Source: Rhabdothermincola salaria (GTDB lineage: Bacteria; Actinomycetota; Acidimicrobiia; Acidimicrobiales; Acidimicrobilacustridaceae). From it: 62,060 bases of DNA. Shown one piece after another: positions 9,475 through 18,696 of the stretch (positions are counted from its first letter, which is position 1; each line of letters opens with the position of its first letter). Where the stretch lies: contig NZ_JAJQXW010000002.1 of NCBI RefSeq assembly GCF_021246445.1, positions 806,001-868,060 of the forward strand. Reading direction: 5' to 3'. Under the pieces are notes generated by a model. It did no database searches, was not told the DNA's origin, and worked only from the letters and a program-made list of their open reading frames with translations. The translations under genes and the position numbers were made by a program.

Positions 9475-10653
9475 GTGAAGAACGGATTCAAGGTCTTCGA
9501 CGCCGACGCCCACGTCATCTACCCGAAGGACATGTGGCAGCGCTACCTGCCCGAGCGCTTCCGTGATCGCATCGGACTGCGCCAACCCATCGAGGGATGG
9601 GAGGCCTACAACCCGGTCACCGTCGACGGGAAGTGGAGCCAGCACGACACGTCGCTCTACGGGCGGTTCCAGCGCTACATCGACTGGACGGCCGACGACA
9701 TGATCGCCAAGTTCGGCGACTGCGTGACGCGCGGCTTCTCCGGCGACGCGGTGGCCGATGCGCTGCAGATCGACGGCATCGACCTCTCGGTCATCTACGG
9801 CCCCGAGTACGACCTGTGGGTCGAGGGCATCGACCCCGAGCTGCAGGCCGCCATGGTGCGCGCCTACAACCAGTGGGGCGCCGACATGCGCGAGGCCTCC
9901 GGCAAGCGGGTGCACGTGGCCTCGCCCGTGCCCCTCAACGACGTGAGCCGGGCGGTCGCCGAGATCCGCTACGCCTACGACGAGCTGGGCGTGCGCGCCT
10001 TCTGGGCCCGACCCGGCGAGTTCAACAAGCGAACCCTGGGCGACCGCTACTACGACCCCATCTGGGAGCTGATCCAGGACCTCGACGTCACGTTCTCCAC
10101 CCACGAGTTCATGGGTCTGCGCGGCGTCACCTTCGGTTCCGACCGCTTCCACTCCTACAACGAGTGGCACACCGTGGTGCACCCCTTCGAAGCCATGGGT
10201 GCCTGCCTCTCGATGATCACCCACGGTGTCTTCGAGCGGTACCCCCGGCTGCGGGTGGCGTACCTCGAGGCCGGGTGCGGCTGGTTGCCGTCGTGGTTGC
10301 ACCGCATCGACGAGCACCTCGAGCTGGCCGGCAAGGAGTTCCCCGAGCTCACCATGTCGGCCACCGACTACTTCCGCCGCAACTGCTGGATCTCCACCGA
10401 GTGCGAGGACCCGTTCGTCGCCGACGTCATCCGTTGGATGGGCGACGACCGCATCCTGTTCGAGTCCGACTTCCCCCACCCGGACTCCAAGTACCCCCAC
10501 ACCGTCGACGAGTTCCTCGGTCTGCTGCCCGACCAGATCACCGACGAGTCCAAGCGCAAGATCCTCTGGGACAACCCGGTCGACTTCTACCGGTTCCCGG
10601 CCTCGCACTACCCCGAGGGCCTGCTCGACGAGCCGGCGTCGGCGTCGGCGTGA
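9475..10653 (+). CDS. Amidohydrolase family 2 protein
   Basis: FDADAHV, FERYPRLRVAYLEAGCGW and FESDFPHPD motifs. Confidence 0.9.
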   Translation: MKNGFKVFDADAHVIYPKDMWQRYLPERFRDRIGLRQPIEGWEAYNPVTVDGKWSQHDTSLYGRFQRYIDWTADDMIAKFGDCVTRGFSGDAVADALQIDGIDLSVIYGPEYDLWVEGIDPELQAAMVRAYNQWGADMREASGKRVHVASPVPLNDVSRAVAEIRYAYDELGVRAFWARPGEFNKRTLGDRYYDPIWELIQDLDVTFSTHEFMGLRGVTFGSDRFHSYNEWHTVVHPFEAMGACLSMITHGVFERYPRLRVAYLEAGCGWLPSWLHRIDEHLELAGKEFPELTMSATDYFRRNCWISTECEDPFVADVIRWMGDDRILFESDFPHPDSKYPHTVDEFLGLLPDQITDESKRKILWDNPVDFYRFPASHYPEGLLDEPASASA

Positions 10654-12029
10654 GCATCGGCATCCGGCGGCCCCACCAGGCCGTCGACCTCGACGACGTG
10701 GTGCGGGCCTTCGAGCCGCCCCCCGAGTACTTCGAGTCGGGCTGGTTCGCCGATCCCGAGGAGATCGAGCGCCGCCAGCTGGTGCGCCTGCGCCAGCGGG
10801 CGTTGGCCGCCGAACGGGTCCCCTTCTTCGCCCGTCGGTGGTCCGAGGTCGGGTTCGACCCCCGATCCATCACCTCGCTCGAGGACCTGTGGCGGGCCCC
10901 CTCCTACGACGTCGACGACATCCGCCGCAGCATCGAGGCCCACCCGCCGTGGGGTGACTACCAGGCCGTGCTGCCCCACCAGGCGCTGGCCGAGCCGATG
11001 CGGGTCTTCATGTCGGGCGGCACGACCGGCAAGAGCCGGCCCACCTTCTACACGCAGTGGGATCGAGAGGTCGGGGCCCTGCTCACCGCCCGCGCCCTCT
11101 ACGCCCAGGGGATCCGCCCCGGCGACGTGGTGCTCAACGCCTGGGCCTACGGCACCCACAACGGCGCCTTCATCTTCGACGAAGCGCTCCACCGGTGGCT
11201 CAACTGCGTCGTCGTCACCACCGGCACCGGCAACGTGACCAGCAGCGAGCGCCAGGTCGAGCTGGCCGTCGAGTACGGCGCCACCGCCATCCTCACCACC
11301 GGCGACTACCTGCTGCGCCTCGCCGACGTGGCCGCCGAGATGGGCTACGGACCGGCCGACCTCAAGATCCGGGCACTGCCCAACATCGGCGATCGTGGTC
11401 GTCTCGAGTCCACCTTCGACGCCGAGTGCTTCGACAGCTACGGGTTCCACGAGGTGCAGTGGGTCTCGGTCGAGTGCCCGGCGCACGACGGCCTCCACAT
11501 CTTCGAGGACGCCTTCATCGTGCAGATCGTCGATCCCGAGACCGGTGAGCGCCTGCCCGACGGTGAGCTCGGTTCGATCTGCATCACCGAGCTGTACAAG
11601 AGCGGCAGCCCGCAGTTCCGCTACGACATCAAGGACCTCTCCTACCTCTATCCGCGCGAGCGGTGCGCGTGCGGCAGCTGGCTGCGGCGCATGGCCCCCT
11701 TCGCCGGCCGGGGCGACAACATGGTCAAGCTCCGCGGGGTGAACGTGTGGCCCGAGGCGGTGGGCGACATCGCCCTGTCGGTGCCGGGTGTGGCCCCGGA
11801 CTGGTTCGTGCGGGCCGTTCGTCGGGAAGACCGCGACGAGCTGGTGCTCTCGGTGGTGGGCGAGGCGCCGCCCGCGGACTGGCCGCAACTCCAGGGTGCC
11901 GTCGAGAGCAAGTTGCGAGACCGCCTGGGCGTGCGTGTCGCGGTCGAGGTCGTGGCGCCCGGCTCGCTCGACGCCCTCACCGGGGCCGGCACCGCCGCCA
12001 AGCTGAAGCGGTTCCGTGATGAGCGCTGA
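10650..12029 (+). CDS. Phenylacetate-CoA ligase (PaaK)-family adenylate-forming enzyme
   Basis: SGGTTGKS, YGFHE, RYDIKD and GRGDNMVKLRGVNVWP motifs. GTGA overlap with upstream gene. Confidence 0.88.
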   Translation: MSIGIRRPHQAVDLDDVVRAFEPPPEYFESGWFADPEEIERRQLVRLRQRALAAERVPFFARRWSEVGFDPRSITSLEDLWRAPSYDVDDIRRSIEAHPPWGDYQAVLPHQALAEPMRVFMSGGTTGKSRPTFYTQWDREVGALLTARALYAQGIRPGDVVLNAWAYGTHNGAFIFDEALHRWLNCVVVTTGTGNVTSSERQVELAVEYGATAILTTGDYLLRLADVAAEMGYGPADLKIRALPNIGDRGRLESTFDAECFDSYGFHEVQWVSVECPAHDGLHIFEDAFIVQIVDPETGERLPDGELGSICITELYKSGSPQFRYDIKDLSYLYPRERCACGSWLRRMAPFAGRGDNMVKLRGVNVWPEAVGDIALSVPGVAPDWFVRAVRREDRDELVLSVVGEAPPADWPQLQGAVESKLRDRLGVRVAVEVVAPGSLDALTGAGTAAKLKRFRDER

Positions 12030-12921
12030 GCCGACGGTCGTCGACACCCTGGTCAACTGCTTCCTGCCGTCGCGCCGGGAGGTCTGGCAGGCCGCGATCG
12101 CCGACGCCGGCATCCCCCTCAAGATCGTGCGATCGGCCGACGACGACTTCGCCGAGGCCGACGCCATGGTGGCCCGCATGGACGCGCTCGGCATCGCCAC
12201 CCTCGTGCTCCCGGTCGGCGACGTGGGCCCGCACGGTCGGCTCAGCCCCACCGACTTCGACCACGTGGCCACCCGCTGGGACGAGCTCGAGCGCCTGGTG
12301 GACGAGCACCCGGGGCGTTTCGCCGGCCTCCACCTCGTCGACCCCTCCTCCGGCATGGCGGGCGTGGCCGAGGCCCGACGCCGGGCGGGTCGGGACCCTT
12401 CCGTGGTGGGCTTCTACCTGCACACCCACAGCTGGGACCGGCCCTTCGACCATGCCGACTACTACCCCTGGTACGCGCTGGCATCGGACCTCGACCTGCC
12501 CGTGGCCATGCAGGCCGGCACCTCCGGCGGCCTGATGGCCAGCGCCTGCGGACAGCCGATCGGCATCGATCGGCCGGCCCTGTACTTCCCCGGCACCCGT
12601 TTCGTGCTCAGCCACACCGGCTGGCCCTGGGTGCCCGAAGCGGTGGCCATGGCCCTCAAGTTCCCCAACGTGCACCTGGGCACCGGGGCCTACCCACCCC
12701 GGCACTGGGACCCGGCGGTGCTGGCGTTCATCGACGGCCCGGGCCGCGACAAGGTGCTGTTCGCCACCAACTTCCCCACCGTCGGCCACCATCGGGCTCT
12801 GGCCCAGATCGCCGAGCTCGGCCTCGACCCCGCCACCGAGACCGCCCTCGTCGGCGGCACCGCCCGGCGCGTGTTCAACCGGCTCCCACCCGTCCCGTCA
12901 CCACCCGAGGAGGCCCCGTGA
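12019..12921 (+). CDS. Amidohydrolase family 2 protein (atypical metal ligands)
   Basis: YYPWYA, SHTGWPW, KFPNVHL and KVLFATNFP motifs. N-terminal VDTLVN replaces DxHxH. Confidence 0.85.
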   Translation: MSAEPTVVDTLVNCFLPSRREVWQAAIADAGIPLKIVRSADDDFAEADAMVARMDALGIATLVLPVGDVGPHGRLSPTDFDHVATRWDELERLVDEHPGRFAGLHLVDPSSGMAGVAEARRRAGRDPSVVGFYLHTHSWDRPFDHADYYPWYALASDLDLPVAMQAGTSGGLMASACGQPIGIDRPALYFPGTRFVLSHTGWPWVPEAVAMALKFPNVHLGTGAYPPRHWDPAVLAFIDGPGRDKVLFATNFPTVGHHRALAQIAELGLDPATETALVGGTARRVFNRLPPVPSPPEEAP

Positions 12922-13445
12922 TCGGCAAGGTCTACGCCATCCCACCCCAGCCCCACTCCGAGCGCGACACCCGCCTGGTGCCCGCCGGGGCGGTGACGCT
13001 GGGGGTCGAGTACCGCGACCTCGACCCGGAGAAGCTCCGCGCCACCTACGCCGGCAACGACGCCCACCTGGCCGAGCTCGAGGAGACGTCCCCCGAGGGC
13101 GGCTTCACCGACGAAGGGGTGTCGATCCACGTCTTCGACGCCGCCGACGGGTGGGAGTACCTCCGCTTCGACGTCTTCGAGGGGGAGCCCCACTACCACT
13201 ACGTGCACCGCGTGCCCGAGGGGGGCGAAGTGGTCAACAACGTCATCGACTTCGACGAGGTGGCCCACGGCGAGATGCTCCCGTGGGTCCTCGACCGGTT
13301 GCGGGGGCGTCTGCCCGAGATGCTGCGCAACGCCGGTGGTGCCGATCTCGCCGCGCGTGTCGATGCCGCCGAGGTCGAACCAGCCGTCGCCGAGGTCGCG
13401 GCCCTCGCCGAGGCCGCCCAGGCGCAGGTGCGTGCCTCGCGCTGA
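12918..13445 (+). CDS. Conserved hypothetical protein
   Basis: GTGA overlap and GAGGAGG RBS. Contains GVSIHV...EYLRFD...PHYHY. Confidence 0.8.
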   Translation: MIGKVYAIPPQPHSERDTRLVPAGAVTLGVEYRDLDPEKLRATYAGNDAHLAELEETSPEGGFTDEGVSIHVFDAADGWEYLRFDVFEGEPHYHYVHRVPEGGEVVNNVIDFDEVAHGEMLPWVLDRLRGRLPEMLRNAGGADLAARVDAAEVEPAVAEVAALAEAAQAQVRASR

Positions 13446-13457
13446 CGTCGGGAGGTC

Positions 13458-14156
13458 TCAGGTGGCGGTTGGCGGCCGCGAGCGAGGCCTCGGTCCGGAC
13501 GGCCCCCAGGCCGAGTGGCACAGCAAGCCCACCATCTCGGCTTCGTAGCGTTCAGGGGTCCAGCCGCTCTCGACGACCAGGGCGTGGTAGGTCTCCGACG
13601 AGGTCAGGACGAGCACCAGGTCCACGGCTACGTCACGGTCGAGGTCGTCTCGGAGCGGTGTGGCGGCGGTGACGTCATCGAGTGCGTCCTGCACGTCGGT
13701 GCGGCGTCGGTGCTCGTTCTCATCGAGGACCGCATCGAGCTCCGGGTCGCCGAGCGCAGCAGCTCGCAGGACCCGCATGGGTACGGCGACTCGCTCGTTG
13801 ATGCGCCGCACGGTGGCGAGGTGGATCCGGATCTTCTCGATCGGATCTTCCTCGGCCACCGCCGCCCGCATCTCGGCGCGATCGCGAAGCGCGATCTCCT
13901 CGTCGTCCCCCGCGGCTGCGACGTCGATCCATGCCTGGAGGATGGCGGCCTTCGAGCCGAAGCCGGCGTAGATGGTCTCGGCCGACACGCCGCTTCGCTC
14001 AGCGATCATCCTCACCGAGGTCGACGCGAAGCCGCGTTCGGAGAAGAGGGAGGCTGCTGCGACGACGACGCGCTGGCGTGTGTCCCGGGCTGCGGCCGCG
14101 CGTCGAGAGTTGTCGTACCGGCGCGGCCGCCCCGGACCGGGGGACTCCTGCGACAT
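13458..14156 (-). CDS. TetR/AcrR family regulator
   Basis: LFSERGFASTSVRMIAERSGVSAETIYAGFGSK HTH. Leaderless (TACTGT 7 nt upstream). Confidence 0.92.
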   Translation of the reverse strand: MSQESPGPGRPRRYDNSRRAAAARDTRQRVVVAAASLFSERGFASTSVRMIAERSGVSAETIYAGFGSKAAILQAWIDVAAAGDDEEIALRDRAEMRAAVAEEDPIEKIRIHLATVRRINERVAVPMRVLRAAALGDPELDAVLDENEHRRRTDVQDALDDVTAATPLRDDLDRDVAVDLVLVLTSSETYHALVVESGWTPERYEAEMVGLLCHSAWGPSGPRPRSRPPTAT

Positions 14157-14157
14157 A

Positions 14158-14186
14158 TTGACAACAGTAGCACTGTAGTGAATAGT
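14158..14186. promoter_or_regulatory. Divergent promoter with TetR operator
   Basis: TTGACA(14158)-17 nt-AATAGT on +. Palindrome ACAGT-AGC-ACTGT (14164-14176) sits in the spacer and overlaps the tetR -10. Confidence 0.7.
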
Positions 14187-14219
14187 TCGTGTCCTCCGGC
14201 GAGCGACAGGACCGTGACC

Positions 14220-14750
14220 ATGGATGACGCCCATCGACCCGACCGCACGAGACGCGACGAACCCTGGCTGGTGGGTCGGGAGGTCTCCGTCGACGTCGCC
14301 CGACCGGCGGACGACGTCTATGCCCTCGTCAGCGACCCCACCCGCATCGGCGAGTGGAGTCCCGAGTGCCACACCGCGGTCTGGCTGAGCGACGAGCGCG
14401 GGGTCGGAGCCCGGTTCAAGGGCACGAACCGCTCGGGCCGCAACCGCTGGAGCCGTGTCTGTGAGGTCGTCGAGGATCGACCCGGGCGTGAGTTCGCCTA
14501 CCGGACCGTCCCGGGATTCGGTCCGTCGGCCGACTCCTCGGTCTGGCGGTTCTCGGTGCACCCCACCGACGAAGGTTGTCGTCTCACCCAGTCACTGCAA
14601 CCCGTGAAGCCCCCGCAGCGGTGGTTCCGGCCCATCATCCGACGTTCGATGCCACACCACCTCGACATGCGCGAACAGATGAGGGCAACCCTCGAGGCGA
14701 TTCGTGCGACGGCCGAGGCAGACACCGAGACCCGACCGCGTTCACGCTGA
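14220..14750 (+). CDS. SRPBCC (polyketide cyclase/START-like) family protein
   Basis: VYALVSDPTRIGEWSPEC...GARFKGTN...W motif. Confidence 0.88.
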   Translation: MDDAHRPDRTRRDEPWLVGREVSVDVARPADDVYALVSDPTRIGEWSPECHTAVWLSDERGVGARFKGTNRSGRNRWSRVCEVVEDRPGREFAYRTVPGFGPSADSSVWRFSVHPTDEGCRLTQSLQPVKPPQRWFRPIIRRSMPHHLDMREQMRATLEAIRATAEADTETRPRSR

Positions 14751-14795
14751 GCGACGAACCGCAGGGGGCCGTCGGCCCCGACGCCGCTGGCGTGG

Positions 14796-15890
14796 TCAGT
14801 CGGTGGGGTCGGGCAGGCGCTCGTGGGTGTCGAGGTCGACGATGGCCGGCAGGCGGTCGTGGTCGACGAAGAGGTCCCAGGCCGTGCTGGTGCGGCTGAG
14901 GGCGTCGGCGGCCAGGACCACGGCGGCGTCGGTGTAGGTGGAGCGCTCGTCGCCGGGGAAGTGCACTTCGTCGGGGAACACGATGCCGGTGAAGTAGTGG
15001 CCGTCGTCGTCGCGCAGGGCCTGGGCCCAGGTGAACAGCTCGAGCGCCCGATCGGCGTTGCCCAGCGACAGCTCGGCCATCACGAACTCGCAGGTCTCGG
15101 CCGCGGTCACCCAGGGGCGGTCGCTCACGCAGCGCACACCCCGGTCCGGCACCACGAAGGTGTGGCGTCGGGCGGCCAGGCGCTCCTCGGCGTGGTCGGG
15201 GTGCAGCACCCCGGCCAGCACCGGGTAGTACCAGTCCATGGCCCAACGGGCCTTGGGGGCGAAGGCATCGGGGATCTCACCGTGGCAGTGGCGACGGATG
15301 ACCTCGGCCAGCCGGGCCACGCTGAGCTCCCAGTCGGGGCGCTCGTGGCCGAGCAGGTCGGCCACGGCCACCGCGCAGCGCAGGCTGTGGACCATGCTCG
15401 ACGAGCCGGTGAGCAGGGCGAAGGACCAAGGGGTACCGTCGGCGTGGCGGGCCCAGAGGATCTCACCGCGAGGCGTCTGCAGGTCGAGCACGAAGTCGAT
15501 GGCCCGCTCGATGGTGGGCCACATGTGCTCGACGAAGCCGCGGTCGCGGTGCAACAGCCAGTGGTGCCACACCCCGGCGGCGGGATAGGCGATGGTGTTG
15601 GCGTCGAGCTTGTCCTGCTCGATGCCGTCGGCCAGGTAGTACTGGTGCCACGACCCGGCCTCGTGCTGGATGTCGACGAGCCACTGGTAGGCGTGCTCGG
15701 CCTCGGCGCGCATACCGGCCAGGTCGAGGGCCATGGCGGCCTCGGTGTGGTTCCACGGATCGGCGTGGCCGCCGGGGAACCACGGGATCATGCCGGTGGG
15801 CAGCTGCCAGTCGGCGATGGCCTCGGCGGTGGCCTTCACCTGCTCCGCGGTGATGACACCGGGGACGGCGGGGATGACGAGCTCAGACAC
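14796..15890 (-). CDS. 'Prenyltransferase-like' alpha-helical barrel protein
   Basis: GMIPWFPGGHADPWNHTEAAMAL, ALLTGSSS, MDWYYPVL and RPWVTAAETCE; a conserved actinobacterial family of unknown function. Confidence 0.8.
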   Translation of the reverse strand: MSELVIPAVPGVITAEQVKATAEAIADWQLPTGMIPWFPGGHADPWNHTEAAMALDLAGMRAEAEHAYQWLVDIQHEAGSWHQYYLADGIEQDKLDANTIAYPAAGVWHHWLLHRDRGFVEHMWPTIERAIDFVLDLQTPRGEILWARHADGTPWSFALLTGSSSMVHSLRCAVAVADLLGHERPDWELSVARLAEVIRRHCHGEIPDAFAPKARWAMDWYYPVLAGVLHPDHAEERLAARRHTFVVPDRGVRCVSDRPWVTAAETCEFVMAELSLGNADRALELFTWAQALRDDDGHYFTGIVFPDEVHFPGDERSTYTDAAVVLAADALSRTSTAWDLFVDHDRLPAIVDLDTHERLPDPTD

Positions 15891-16620
15891 GGACGGTGCT
15901 CCGGACGGGCTTGGTGGCGTACACGACGAGGGACTTGCCCAGCACCGGGTTCAACACCCGTTCGGTGACGCGGGTGACCGCGGGCGCCGACGTGATGTCC
16001 CACTCGAGCAGCCGGGTGTAGGCGCGCACCAGCGGGTGGGTGTCGTTGGTGGGGCCGACCGCGCAGCGCAGCCACCAGTAGGGGGCGTGGAGGGCGTGGG
16101 CCAGGTGGGCGCCGCCCGGGTCGAGGCCGGCGCCCTGCATCTTGCGGCGCAGCTCGCCCTCGGTGTAGATGCGCACGTGCCCGCCCTCGACGAACGGGGC
16201 GTGGTACTCCTCCGAGATCGCCCAGCAGAGCTTCTCGGGGAGCCAGGCGGGGATGGTGACGGCCATGGTGCCACCGGGGCGCAGCACCCGGGTGAGCTCG
16301 TCGAGCGCGGCGAGGTCGTCGGGGACGTGCTCCATGACCTCCGACGCGATGATGCGATCGAAGCTCCCGTCGGCGAAGGGCAGCCGGGTGGCGTCGCCGT
16401 TGACCGCACAGGCCAGCAGGTCGGGAGCCGCTTCCCCAGCCGACTGCAGCGCGGCGAACGTCTCGGTGGTGGCCGCCAACTCGGGGACGGCCATGTCGCA
16501 GGCCACCACCCGGGCGCCGCGGCGGAGGGCCTCGAAGGCGTGGCGACCGAAGCCGCAGCCGAGGTCGAGGAGGCGGTCGCCGGCGCGCAGGCCCAGGCGG
16601 TCGTAGTCGGCGGTGAGCAT
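15883..16620 (-). CDS. Class I SAM-dependent methyltransferase
   Basis: LLDLGCGFGRH, LPFADGSFD, SEVMEH and RVLRPGG motifs. Confidence 0.92.
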   Translation of the reverse strand: MLTADYDRLGLRAGDRLLDLGCGFGRHAFEALRRGARVVACDMAVPELAATTETFAALQSAGEAAPDLLACAVNGDATRLPFADGSFDRIIASEVMEHVPDDLAALDELTRVLRPGGTMAVTIPAWLPEKLCWAISEEYHAPFVEGGHVRIYTEGELRRKMQGAGLDPGGAHLAHALHAPYWWLRCAVGPTNDTHPLVRAYTRLLEWDITSAPAVTRVTERVLNPVLGKSLVVYATKPVRSTVRV

Positions 16621-18023
16621 CAGGCCTCGGTGATCGACGTGACGCCGGGTCGGGCTCGCCGGTAGCGCGGCGCCTGCCCGGCACCGCCGGGACGACGGGC
16701 CTGGACGTGGGCCGTCTCGGCCAGGAGGGCCCGGTACTGCTCGACGGTGCCGACCGCGGTGTGTCGCCAGGTCCAGCGCTCGATGACGCGTTGGCGCCCG
16801 GCGGCGCCGATGCGGGCCCGCAGCTCGGCGTCGTCGAGGGCCAGGGCGATCTTGGTGGTGAGGGCCTCGACGTCGCCGGGGGGCACCACGAGGGCCGTCT
16901 CGTTGTCGGGGCCGACGACCTCGGGCAGGGCTCCACCGGTCGTGGCCACGAGGGGCACGCCGCACGACATGGCCTCGATGGCGGGGAGGGAGAAGCCTTC
17001 GTAGAGCGAGGGGACCACCGCCACCTCGGCCTCGGAGTAGAGCTCGATGATGCGCTGGTCGGGCACCCCGGTGACGAACGTGACGGCATCGCGCAGCCCC
17101 AGCTCGTCGATGATGCGAGCCGACGGGCCGCCTTCCTTGAGCCGACCGATGACCAACAGCTCGACGTGGCGTTCGGTGCGCAGCTTGGCCACCGCCTCGA
17201 GCAGGTAGCGCAGGCCCTTCATGGTGACATCGGCGCTGGCGGTGGTGATCAGGCGGCCCTTGATGCGACCCACCTCGGGCAGCGGCCGGAAGAGGTCCTG
17301 GTCGACGCCCACCGGCACCACGTGGAGGCGGTCGAGGGGCACACCGTGGTCGGCGTGGATGTCGGCGAGGGAGTTCTGCGAGACGGTGATCACCCTCGGC
17401 AGCTGGTTGGCGACCCGGCTCTGCATCTTGGTGAACCCGTACCAGCGGCCCTTGGAGAGGCGCTTCCACGGGTTCTCGGCATGCTCCATCTCGAGGCGCC
17501 GGTCGACGGTGATCGGGTGGTGGACGGTGGCCAGCACCGGGAGCCCCGCCCGTTGCAGCCCCAGCAGCCCGTATCCGAGGGACTGGTTGTCCTGGACGAG
17601 GTCGAAGTCGTTGATGCGCCGGCGCAGGTGCTGGTAGGCCCGCACGCTGAAGGCGAGGGGCTCCGAGAAGCTGCCGCCCATGAAGTTGGCGACCTCGACG
17701 AAGTCGCCCCAGGTCTTGACCTCCCAGGGCCCGGGCAGGCGCATGGGGAACTGGTCGTTGTAGATGTCGAGGCTGGGCAGCTCGACGAGGGGGACCCGCT
17801 CGTCGACGATCGGGAAGGGCTGCCCGCTGAGCACCTCGACCTCGTGGCCGAGGTCGCTCAACGCCTTGGAGAGGTGCCGGGTGTAGACGCCCTGACCGCC
17901 CACGTGAGGCTTGCCGCGATAGGTGAGGAAGGCGATGCGCAGCGGTAGGTCGCCGTCGGCGGCGGTGGCCACCGATCGCCGGGGCGCGACGGAGGGGTTC
18001 GGTGGCGTGGAGCGGTCGGACAT
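16620..18023 (-). CDS. Glycosyltransferase family 4
   Basis: YRGKPHVGGQGVY and PSLYEGFSLPAIEAM. TGATG coupling to the methyltransferase. Confidence 0.92.
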   Translation of the reverse strand: MSDRSTPPNPSVAPRRSVATAADGDLPLRIAFLTYRGKPHVGGQGVYTRHLSKALSDLGHEVEVLSGQPFPIVDERVPLVELPSLDIYNDQFPMRLPGPWEVKTWGDFVEVANFMGGSFSEPLAFSVRAYQHLRRRINDFDLVQDNQSLGYGLLGLQRAGLPVLATVHHPITVDRRLEMEHAENPWKRLSKGRWYGFTKMQSRVANQLPRVITVSQNSLADIHADHGVPLDRLHVVPVGVDQDLFRPLPEVGRIKGRLITTASADVTMKGLRYLLEAVAKLRTERHVELLVIGRLKEGGPSARIIDELGLRDAVTFVTGVPDQRIIELYSEAEVAVVPSLYEGFSLPAIEAMSCGVPLVATTGGALPEVVGPDNETALVVPPGDVEALTTKIALALDDAELRARIGAAGRQRVIERWTWRHTAVGTVEQYRALLAETAHVQARRPGGAGQAPRYRRARPGVTSITEA

Positions 18024-18190
18024 GAGCCTGCAAGTCTCCCCGTTGGGATGACCGAGGGTCAAGCCTGGGAGGGCTCCCGGGCCGGGGAACGCCGCAGGTC
18101 AGCGGGGCTGTCGGCGGCGGCTGGAGTGCCGGGGGGCGTCCTCGCGTGGGCGGGCGCCGGACCTCGGCGGGGGCTGGGAGACTCGGCGGC

Positions 18191-18628
18191 ATGCGTGCAG
18201 TGGTGCAACGGGTGACGAGTGCGTCGGTGACCGTCGACGGTGAGGTGGTCGGTGCGATCGGGCGCGGGCTCTGCGCTCTCGTCGGGGTGACCCACGACGA
18301 CGACGTCGGCCGGGCCGAGCAGCTGGCCGGCAAGGTCTGGCAGCTGCGGATCTTCCCCGACGACGAGGGCCGCATGGACCGCTCGGCCGAGGAGGTCGGC
18401 GGCGAGATCCTGGTGATCTCGCAGTTCACCCTGTACGGCGACACCCGCAAGGGCCGCCGTCCCGGTTGGGGGGCGGCGGCCCCTGGTCCGGTGGCCGAAC
18501 CGCTGGTGGAGGCGGTGGCCGACGCCCTGCGGGCCCGGGGCGCCACCGTCGCCACCGGGCGCTTCGGGGCCGACATGCAGGTCGCGCTGGTCAACGACGG
18601 TCCTGTCACCTTGGTGCTCGAGCTCTGA
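18191..18628 (+). CDS. dtd: D-aminoacyl-tRNA deacylase
   Basis: [13 protein letters not shown] and NDGPVT (Gly-Pro) motifs. Confidence 0.96.
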   Translation: MRAVVQRVTSASVTVDGEVVGAIGRGLCALVGVTHDDDVGRAEQLAGKVWQLRIFPDDEGRMDRSAEEVGGEILVISQFTLYGDTRKGRRPGWGAAAPGPVAEPLVEAVADALRARGATVATGRFGADMQVALVNDGPVTLVLEL

Positions 18629-18696
18629 GCCCGGTCGTACCCGCGGCGAAGCGAAACCCCTCGGGTCGGGCCGGTGGGCGGCTCTACTGTCGGCGG

